DNA of 64,000 nt from Trichoplax adhaerens (lineage: Eukaryota; Animalia; Placozoa), in the NCBI RefSeq assembly GCF_000150275.1, contig NW_002060957.1:1-64000 (forward strand), given 5' to 3'. The stretch's first letter is position 1, and every line of letters begins with the position of its first letter. The notes beneath the pieces were generated by a model that saw only the letters and a program-made list of their open reading frames with translations, ran no database searches and was not told the DNA's origin. Of this stretch, positions 54,271 through 64,000 are shown piece by piece. The translations under genes were made by a program, and so were the position numbers.

Positions 54271-56495
54271 TTAGACAAAAACAGCGTCATCTTTTGAACT
54301 GATGCCAGTGACTACGACATGAGCTGAAGATGAGGAATCATCATCTTTGTTGCTACTTCGACTAGTGGACTTATTTTTCGGTGAAGAACTGAGTCGCTTT
54401 TTATTCCTCGTGATATTTATGCCTCCAGAGGAAGTAGATGGTTGGGCGTTATCTTCTTCAAGAGTTGTTGTTTCAGTAGTTTTTGGCGCATGAGGAATGC
54501 TAACATCTAAGTCACTAGATGAAACATTTGCATCGACTTGCTTAATTCTTCTTATCTACGAGTATAATAATTAAAATGCATTAGATATGGTATTGAAGTC
54601 CATCTTCAGCTTAAATGACTAAACTAAAAGATTAAAGTCTACGTCATTTTATGGATATCACGTTATCTCCAGTTAAATACTAAAAAGGCACAACTATACT
54701 GATATGATATTAGTTACCAATTTTATTAAATAGTCCAACAGTCGATGAAACCGATCGTATTCCCTACGTCCAAATGGCTGTAATAAATATCACAGGGTTA
54801 CTTACAAGTTAAACATCTCCACGACTAGAAAGCTAATTTACCTTGGCAATAAATCTTGCGTGTTCGTATATTGCCGATAGAGCACTGTATAATGCTTCAC
54901 GTCCATCAAAAATGCTGGGATAAAATCGCCTTAAGAGGCTTAGATGCTCTCGAAAATCTCGACCTACGGGACGTAATAGATGACCATCCATTTCGAGAAA
55001 GATATCATCTAATGCAAACCATCCAATCACACAGTAATTCAAAGTCCTATTTATTATAGTCTATATCTATCTGTATAATTTAAGTAAATAAACTTACTTA
55101 AGGCAACCACTTCATCTAGCACTTTCATGCGATAATGATGATCTAGAAAAGATTATACAGTTGAATTGATTTTTTAAAGCTTTGAAACTATTGTTTGCTT
55201 GATAACTGGACTATAACGTCTTATTCTTCATTATAGAGGAGATGAATTTCGTATCACCAATATAACACGCACAGAATAAGATTACTGAAGACATACGTGT
55301 ATATGCTAAATCAGCCGAAATATTTATTATAAGTCAATACCTTTCGTAGGCTGCATGTCACGTAACAAGGACGGTTCACACAGAGATTGGACGGTCCTCT
55401 CTAAACTGTTCTGTATTCCTTTTCGCATCGTCTATTTTATAAGTAATCGATCAATGCTAACACTAATACAAGTGATATCTGAAAAGCATCTAATTAAATT
55501 ACTGTACATATTTGGTTAAATCTACTTCATTAACTACTTTACTTTTTTATTTTATTGCTAATTAATTTACTGCCAAAAGGTTATGCAGCCTACATCAGTC
55601 ATTAACATCGCCTTATATGGAGTAAATAGTCAAATTTTGAATAGTCATTAATGACGATGTCTATTCTGCATGGAAGTTTCCGTGCGTCAATGGCAGACAT
55701 AACGTAATATTATCCGTCAGCAGTTTCCAAGGCAATATTTAAGGTTCGCTTCTACGGTACTTTAATCATACCTTAACCCATTAGTTCTCATCAATACTAC
55801 TCGTATATACTACAGTATGTTACGTTGAAGTATAACTTGATGATGCTGTTTAGCTATACGTATTTGAACGGTATTTTGGCAGCAGTAATACAAATCTTGC
55901 GATTTGTAAGACTTTAAAACAGATCAGTATCAGTCGTTATGTGGGTCATTGTATGATGGATATATCGTAAATTCTGCAATAAAAATCCAGATCGAATGTA
56001 CTTACTTTAGCGGCATCAGACCCAATGATCGTGTGCGGTTTTCTTGCGTTAATCAAGACGAAACGTTGTCGAACACGAAGAATGAGGATCATCACTTCTA
56101 GTCCACCCTATCAATTCATTTACAATCAAATACAGAAATAAATTATCCAAAAATCAACCCTTAAAATGCTTCTATCCCATTCTGTTTTCGAACTTGTTTG
56201 TTATTACATCGAAAAATCGATGTAGGATTTATTCTAATTATGATTATTACGAATATATACGCTATCTGATTTTTATAGAGGAAAAAGTTTATGTTCAAAA
56301 TGATTGGCATTCTTTCCAAATCCAACGCATCTACTTTTAACATAACTGTACAGTACAAACACAAGCCTGTAAAAGATCAGTTTTTATCATTACCATAATA
56401 ATCATAGCAATAATGAAGACTCCATATCGGCGATTGTAGATATCAAAATTGCTACTGTCGGTGGTGGTTGCCGTAGTTGTATTGATTGTAGACAT
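54271..56495 (-). CDS. C1orf43: C1orf43/NICE-3 family protein, paralogue A (7 exons)
   Basis: MSTINTT..YGVFIIAMIIM|GGLEVMILILRVRQRFVLINARKPHTIIGSDAAK|TMRKGIQNSLERTVQSLCEPSLL..|DHHYRMKVLDEVVAL|..GRDFREHL..IYEHARFIAK|PFGRREYDRF..|Ser-rich tail ending DAVFV*. This matches the NICE-3 motifs (RF..K.R.PH..VG..APK, EP.LL, YRMKALD, G.NFR.YL, YE.AR, FG..EY). Confidence 0.82.
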
Positions 56496-56989
56496 GTTGG
56501 AATAGCGGATAGTCGTAGGGCTCCTTCAAGCTAGGCAAGACCGACCACCCACCCGAGTAACACTATCCACTCTGTTTCCCGTTGGCTAGACACTAAGTTC
56601 TTTAGGCCTTCATGTAGTCACGGTACGGTACGGTTCGAGTAGGGTACTAGTTCCGGTCGAAACGACCCGCAAGAATCCAAAGTGGCCAGTGTCTTACCCT
56701 TCCAGTACCGTATGATACGAACAGTACTGTGTCATACTGTACTCAGTATTCCAGTTAGACCCGAGTCCAAGCTTTACGTCATTGCTCAGCAGATTGGAGT
56801 AGATGGGCATTAAGAGTTTACTTGAATGCCCCCATTTGATTTTCTCCATGGCGTAATTGCAATCAAACTGATTTCCCACATCGATAGCCGGAATAAGCTT
56901 GAAAAGAGACTATAGCTTATTCTATTACTGTATTATACTGTTTTAGCTAACGAGTATTCAATCGAATTGAAGACGGTAGGTTGGATAGG
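56496..56989. promoter_or_regulatory. Probable bidirectional promoter (C1orf43-A / XPA)
   Basis: Divergent start codons ~0.5 kb apart, with locally higher GC. Confidence 0.6.
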
Positions 56990-58520
56990 ATGGAAAATTC
57001 AAGGGAAGGAAGAGACGATGAGCGTGAAAATGATTTGGTTTTAACGCCGGCTATGCAAGCCAAAATTCATCGAAATCGAGAGCGTGCATTACAGTTGAGA
57101 AAGGCGAGATTAGCCAAAACACCGTATAGTAAAAAAAGCAAAGACGAAAGCGAGAGTAAAGAAATTGATACTGGCGCTGGATTTTTCTTGGAAGTAGTCA
57201 ATGACTCCGATACTTCGCGTAATAATCAAATCGTAGAAGAACCAGGTGGTTAGATAAACTACTATAATATCTTCTTCATTTATACCAAATACAGAGATGT
57301 TTCCTAGTCATTGAATTGATCGGTTTTGTGAACGACTATCGTACCTTTTTCTACAAACATTTCCTTCCTTCAATGTGAGTATGCCAATTTTTATAGTGTT
57401 GTTGATCATGCCCTTTTCATGCATTGGATTAGGTCCTATCATTGGATTACTGAAATGTATGAAATGTCAAAAGAACTTTGGAGTATCTTACCTCTATAAT
57501 AATTTCGAGTATAAAATCTGCGATAACTGCAGGTATTGTTGGAATATTGTTTCTTGTCGTATAGAGATAAGCTATCAATTCTGTGATCATAAGTTTGGAT
57601 CTACAATCAAAGTCTTATTGTAATTTCATTCTCTCCAGAGATACAGATGGCGAGCATTCGTTGATCACTCGAACAGAAGCCAAACAGGTAAGACTTTACT
57701 GTATACTGATTATATGTACGGCCTTGAAAAGGCCTAACTGCACTTTAAGGATTATCCTGCTATCGTATCCCCATTAAGGATATTTTCATATAAAATCATA
57801 ATACATATTAACTACATTACATCCTCATTGATATTTTTCTTTATCAGAAATACTTACTCAAAGACTGTGACTTGGACATGAGAGAACCAATACTAAAATA
57901 TATATCCAAAAAAAATCCCCATAATCCTCGTTGGGGCCTTATGAAGTTATACTTATTGTGTCAGGTAAGCAACTGCATAAATTCATTCTATCTTGAATTG
58001 AGTAACTATAAAAAAGTGTTTTGTCAATTCTTGATAGCATGAAATAGCAATATAACTTTATTTAAAATTGCTAATCTTTCATAGATCGAAGAGCGATGCT
58101 ATCAGATTTGGGGGGATGAACAAGGTCTCCAAGATGAATTAATCAAAAGAGCGGCTAACCAAGAACAGTCCAGGCAAAAGAAATTTGACAAGAGAATTCA
58201 AGGTCTTTATATCGTCATTAGATAATGATTATACCACAAATTTTCTACTATAAAAGTTGGATGAACTCGTAATAATACAAGTGAACGAGATGAGTTACTA
58301 TTTGGTGATATTTTATACTTGTATATCTAAGATTTGTCTTATCTAATCTTTGCATCGACTAGCGTTAAGGAAAGCCTTTAGAAGTAGTACGTGGACTAAA
58401 AACTTATCAAGACACGAGCATCGATTCGCTGAAGGCCAAGAGATCTACGATGAAAAAGAAAATGTCTGGGTCAAGTCATGTATTGAATGTGACTATCGTG
58501 TTTCTTTCGAAAAGATGTGA
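56990..58520 (+). CDS. XPA: DNA repair protein XPA (6 exons)
   Basis: Exons ~56990-57245, 57433-57532, 57639-57687, 57847-57964, 58085-58202, 58363-58520. Motifs: [13 protein letters not shown]; DTGAGFF (ERCC1 binding); C4 zinc finger CMKC..ICDNCR; [19 protein letters not shown]; [16 protein letters not shown]; HEHRF..KSCIEC..FEKM*. Confidence 0.97.
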
Positions 58521-59664
58521 TATGATGCATTACGTTATCATTAGTTGGAAGCTGATTCATGATTCCTATTTCTTAACTTTTTAACAGTCAGTCTGAAATG
58601 AAAATCTTACTGTAACTTATAAATACCAGCTTTAAATATACGCATCTATGATGTATATGACATATATATTTGTAAGTGTAATATCTAAACTTCGATAAAA
58701 CTTTATCACTTCTAAATTATGATTTACTATCTTTTTGTGTATATACGCCTATCATCTATTACAAGGTAGCCGCCGATTACTTTTATTTAGCATTTCATCA
58801 AGTAGACTCATCATCCGAAGCATCTTATCATTTATTTAATACTTGTAAGGTGATATACTAGGCTTATGTGGCTGATTGATTCGAGTAAGTTAACTGACTC
58901 TACTCCCTCTTAATATGGCTATGATAAATTTAGAATTACTTAAGCATCTTTGACATAATTGTATTGTATAATATACTCGGTACTCAATTGTTAGTACTCA
59001 TTCTGTTTATGAAAGTTCTTATTTAAAGTTGAAATGATATATTGTATAAGATGTTGCTAAATTCGAGAATAGTAGATCTATTTAAAAAGTTAGGCCAATC
59101 TAATCCGTTCTAGATTATATCGATATTTTCATCCAATACCCAACGTTTATAATAAAATTTGTAAAGAAAGCTGAACTTTTATAACGTGTACCAATATCTT
59201 AATATTGTCTGTTGTGAAGTTTATCTATGAAGTTTTTTTATGAATTTACTGATGGTAGGCGTTCACTATAACACACGCTTCAGTTGGCTGTTGATAAGAT
59301 TTGCGAAAGTAAAGTAGAGTGGTAGTAACGATGATTAGCAAGGCTTGCGATGCAAAACACATTATTCAAGAGTTACGAAAGTGAATTACTGTAGTAATAA
59401 CGACGATGCAAAATACCTTATTCATTGCTATACTGCTATTTTGCAAAATTGCATTTTCTACTTGCACTTTTGAGTTGCAATACGTAAAAATAACCACTTT
59501 TCTACGCGTACAACAGTGTTATATATTTGTTTCACATCAACATCTATTGCGCCATTTAAATTATGTCATCTACAGTTTATGAAGAAATTGACAAATAAAT
59601 TACGATGGTAGACTGTTAAAATTAATTTACTACTACTTGACAAGCAATAGCTAAATTAATGATC

Positions 59665-59671
59665 AAAAAAA
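59665..59671 (-). terminator. Pol III oligo-T terminator of tRNA-Gly
   Basis: T7 run on the minus strand 5 nt downstream of the tRNA. Confidence 0.8.
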
Positions 59672-59676
59672 TTAAG

Positions 59677-59747
59677 TGCACTGTACGGGAATCGAACCCG
59701 TGTCGCAAGAATGGGAATCTTGCATGATACCACTACACTAACAGTGC
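59677..59747 (-). tRNA. tRNA-Gly (anticodon CCC)
   Basis: GCACTGTTAGTGTAGTGGTATCATGCAAGATTCCCATTCTTGCGACACGGGTTCGATTCCCGTACAGTGCA. The acceptor stem, the anticodon stem (CAAGA/TCTTG) and the T stem all pair perfectly, and A/B boxes are present. Confidence 0.97.
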
Positions 59748-61062
59748 GTCAAGCGTAAAATCATGTAATTTATAGTAATTTAAAGGAGCTGACTTTAATA
59801 CGCTACTGCTCATGCTCGGACCTAGCCGATTTCTAGAGATTCAGTTCAGTATAGCATACTGTATCATACAGTAGCAAAGTTAAAGTAGCTACGTATGATA
59901 GCGTCCACCCACTGCTAAGTCTTTTGCACGTGAACGGTCTTGCAGCATTGCTAGCTGCAAGTTGCACGCAACTCTGCAGCTGCGGAAATTATTTCAATTT
60001 TAAATATCATCATCGTCGTTAATTCGTCATGTTTCGTTCACGTTCTCACTTCTCACACAGCTGAGTATAGCTGCAGATTAAAATTTTACTCTATAGCTCT
60101 TTCACGTGTAGCTGATTAAGCTAAAGACTGCTCAAAAATGAAGCAGAAATTTTATTTCTGAAATTACTCTTGCATCGATTCGCAGGCAATGAATGGCTGC
60201 AGTAGTGGGAGCTATTGCAGATATCTTTCTACTAAACACATATTTAGAGTAGACATCTGACAGGTCAAAGTCCTCGTTCAGATGCCATTTGAAGAGGGTT
60301 CTACTGAAGTAGTTAGATCTTAAATACATTGACGATGCTGCTAATGAATGCGCACAATACGCATGTCTTTTATTCATCGGCTAGTGCTAAAACTGCGGCT
60401 AGTGCTTAAGCATACTGTATAATTTAGTAAATACAACTTGTTAAAGCGCCAATAATAAATGCAAATAGCTGCATCACCATTTATGATATAATAGCACTAG
60501 ATTTAAACATGACCAATATAAATTCATTTAGCTATCAGTATGGAAAATTGCATATTCATGTTGAACTAAATATCAGTCTGTATCGAAACAAGCTAGAACA
60601 GCACTAAAATGCGTGAAATTCAGCCATTCAATCACAAAAATATTGGTATACAGTACGGTATATAAATATAGAAGATAATCCTATGTGTAAGATTTCATAC
60701 AGTACTAAATTATTCTCTGTACAACATCAATTTTGACATATTATACTGTAATTATCAGCAATTTACTGTTACTGCATCACTGTAACAAATACAGTACAGA
60801 TTCTAGCATGGAATTTCGAATCCGATTAAAGCGAATTGAGGCCGTAAATTGCATTAGTAGTACTGTACAAATTAGACAACATTTCACTTTTGTATTCATT
60901 CCACAATACAATTACTATACGAGTAGATGCGATCAATGACAAGCATCCGTACTGAAAGAGTAGTACTATATCATGCCAAAGTAAGATAACTCCATCATCG
61001 TGTACAGTGTATAAGCCGAATTTCAAAATATTTCAAAAAAACTGCATTATTTACGATAGTTA

Positions 61063-61542
61063 TTAAAATCCAGTTTGCTTTTTCATAAGATTTTCCGATT
61101 TGATTTTGATTTTGTTCAACTTTCTGAAATAGGCTCTACTACCAGTTTCCAATTGACTTAGAGAAGCTTTGGGTTTATCTAAATCCCATAACCACTCTGG
61201 ATATTGGCTATCGTCTAGAATGGTTGGGTCCTCGCCTTCTTTAAAATAATTCGCTCCTTTGCATATATCTTTCAATTCTGAAGGCATTTTTAAATCCACC
61301 GTCGCAGCTGGCTCATCGCGTCGAAAATTTCTCTTGCCTTTACTTTTTTTCTTGCTTTCTGTAAGTTAAAAAAGAATTGGTTACTAACAAAAACTTTGTG
61401 GCAGAGAAGTAAGGAAGTTGATAGTACCTGGTTTTCCAGCCTTGCTTGCAAACTGTGCCGCATTAATTCCTCTGAGTAAAGAAATCGGCAAAGGTCTGAT
61501 CCTATGCAGCGTGAAACAGACTGCACAAGCACTGGCAGCCAT
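61063..61542 (-). CDS. MRPL54: Mitochondrial large ribosomal subunit protein mL54 (2 exons)
   Basis: Exon 61542-61428 resembles a mitochondrial presequence. A GT-AG intron lies at 61427-61359. Exon 61358-61063 contains CKGANYFKEGEDP.I..DSQYPEWLWDL..L..LE..S..YFRKL.K..I...N. Confidence 0.92.
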
Positions 61543-61968
61543 GTTGTAAATTGCAGCAGCTGAGCTTTGCAGACCAGGAAAATGACGATCACCGCGGTCC
61601 ACTAGTCAACTGTAGTATTATACTATACTACCGTATATCATTTGTACTCTAGTATTTGGCACAGTATACTGTTTTCAGTATTGCATTCTACACTAATCTA
61701 TGGTTTTGTATGGCGTACACTACTGTACAGAGAGGACATACGGACGTTGAGGCCATCATCCGAGCTAATAAATCGCTGCAAAGCATGGACATGCTGCAGC
61801 TTTCCATCTATCGCTTTGACAATAACAAGTTTAGAGCTTAAAAAGAGATCGTTGTACAGTATGAACTATCTCAAGTCTGTGGCAATGTGTTGAGATAGAA
61901 TAGGGACCGAAATTGACAATAAGAACTGAAGTAAGCTATTGGTAATAATTATAATTATAATCGATGCA
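61543..61968. promoter_or_regulatory. Probable bidirectional promoter (MRPL54 / AFG2B)
   Basis: Divergent ATGs ~430 bp apart. Confidence 0.6.
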
Positions 61969-64000
61969 ATGGCGCAATTCATGCAGCAGCAATTAATGCT
62001 ATGTGAGGCTCGAGATAGAGGAAGCAGCAAGTGTCGCCTTAATCATGAGATAGTTGCATTACTGGGTAGCAATATTAGGATCGGCAGCTTCTTAAAAATA
62101 CAAAGTGATCAATGTTCCTTCTTATGTTCGGTTTGGCCTACGAGAAATTCGCAGAATACGATTCTGATCGATCCTATCATGATGTGTGATCGAACGCCAC
62201 AGCGTTGTACAAATTCACCCTACGATTTTAATGTTTTCAACAGAAAATTATCGATCCCCTGTACCGGCATCAGTTTAATCGAAAGTAGCCCTGCTGAATG
62301 GGTAAAGATAGTAATAATCATGTCGAAAAAGCAGTTAAAAAAGCGTTCTTCTGTCAGCGATGATGCTATCCAGAAGTTGATTCATTACTTATTACTGGAT
62401 AAAGTGATTACAATTGGTACTGTCATGGATTGTCAACATTGGCCTATATCGAAACAGACTATGAAATATATCGAAATTGTCGAGGTCGAGCCTTCATCAA
62501 AATTTGCATTAGTTAATGGCCAGACAAAAATTCTGATATCATCATGCGTTAGACTTCCATCGCAAGTTGAAAGGATTAATATTGGTGGCCTAGACAGTGT
62601 AGGATCAATGCTAAAGGATTTAGCTAAAGTTAACTTTCAACATTGTCACGAATTTAAAAAGTTAGGCTTACCCTGTGTAAAAGCTGTAATGTTGCATGGC
62701 CCTTCTGGGGTTGGTAAAACTTTACTAGTTAGAAAACTAGCTCTAGATCTCGATACTGCGTTGGTAAGACTAAACGGTGCAGATATATATGCAGCATATG
62801 AAGGGGAGAGCGAAAAAAATTTGCAGAAATATTTTGATAAAGCTCGCCAAATTGCAAAAAAAGAATGCTGCATACTATTTATCGATGAAGTTGATGCTCT
62901 ATGTCCAGGTCAAGATAACGACAGCGAGAACGCGAGTGAGGAATATCAGGTGGTGTCTCTTCTGGCTTCTTTATTAGAAGCGGTAAAACGCGAAAATTTG
63001 CTATTCATCATAGGAGCAACAAATCGACCGGAAGCCATTTCTCCATGTTTATATGGTCCGTGTAAATTCGAACAAGAAGTAAGAATGTGATACAAGTAAT
63101 TATCTGCACGATTCTTAAAATGTAATTACTGTATGGGATTCTGAATTTTACTACTTGCTACTTTTTCTAGATTTATATTGGCATTCCCAATGTCAGCCAA
63201 AGAGAATCGATATTGCAGCTATATACAAGAGATTTGCACTTAGATGCAGATGTCAATTTAAAGGATCTAGCTGAGATGTCGTGTGGGTATGTCGGCGCTG
63301 ACTTGAAATTACTTTGTAAAGAAGCCATGTTTATGGGACTGGAAAGAATGGGCAAGACTACAGCTACTATCGATCAGGAGAGTTGTCAGTTATGTGCTAA
63401 GGATTTTATTAACGCTATTCATCGAATAGTCCCATCAAGTAGGAGAGCTGCAATTGGAACCGTAGAGCTTAAAAAGATTAGTTGGGATGATATTGGTGGA
63501 TTAGAAAACATCAAGTTAAAAATTCAGCAGGTAATCTTAAATATCTTAAACATTTAATACCTCTGAATAACGTTGAAATAATATATTGTTTGCTGAATTT
63601 TAAAATTGAAGGCTATAGAATGGCCATTAAAATATCCCCAAGCGTTTGCTAGGCTTGGGCTTCCTAGGCCAAGAGGTGTGCTTTTATTTGGCCCTCCAGG
63701 TTGTAGTAAAACTACTTTAGTCCGTGCAGCTGCCAGTAGTTGCCACGTCACATTCCTTTCATTAAGTGGTGCCCAATTATATTCTCCATACATTGGCGAT
63801 TCCGAGCGTGCCATCCGTCAGGTAAACAAAAAGTTATCCCTCAACTATTTCTATGGATTACTGAAGCTCTAAAACTTTGTATGAGGCTGTCAGACAACTG
63901 TTTAAGTCTCGTTGTTAGAATGGAAAATGTAGTTGCTTTATTCCTGTGCTCTCCTATATTATGTAGGCATTTCTGCAAGCACGGACTAGCTCGCCTTGCA
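61969..64000 (+). CDS. AFG2B: AAA+ ATPase AFG2B/SPATA5L1 (CDC48 family), 5' part; runs off the window
   Basis: Exons ~61969-63078, 63171-63530, 63612-63821, 63967-end. D1 has GPSGVGKT and LFIDE. D2 has [67 protein letters not shown], where [10 protein letters not shown] is typical of SPATA5L1 rather than SPATA5. Confidence 0.85.

Noticed and set aside
59939-60400. GCAGC/GCTGC-rich hairpin (CTTGCAGC..GCTGCAAG) and an 81-aa ORF near the tRNA
   Set aside because: An 8-bp stem is expected by chance. No snoRNA or snRNA boxes and no protein motif were recognised.

Overview
This is an AT-rich (~30% GC) eukaryotic window with short GT-AG introns. The compact genes and a decayed 42-aa TPR gene suggest an early-branching animal, probably a placozoan such as Trichoplax (inference). 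The window has two parts. The part from ~52 to 64 kb is ordinary gene-dense DNA: two tandem C1orf43/NICE-3 paralogues, XPA, tRNA-Gly(CCC), MRPL54 and the 5' part of AFG2B/SPATA5L1, forming two head-to-head gene pairs. The part from 1 to ~50 kb is a duplication mosaic. A segmental duplication (1-10.8 kb vs 30.8-46.0 kb) flanks a ~13 kb satellite of ~250-bp monomers arranged as higher-order repeats. The right copy holds two apparently intact unusual genes. One is a 7-exon, ~487-aa gene that splices a CARD-like death-fold exon in frame onto a complete HERC2-RLD-like RCC1 propeller; this is the most interesting item. The other is an intronless, truncated poly(A)-binding protein (RRM4-linker-divergent MLLE). 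The left copy holds broken versions of both and is joined, through microhomology, to an orphan 3' fragment of methylmalonyl-CoA mutase. There is also a TPR pseudogene, several minisatellites and two 50-N gaps. All family assignments come from reading motifs by eye; no database searches were run.
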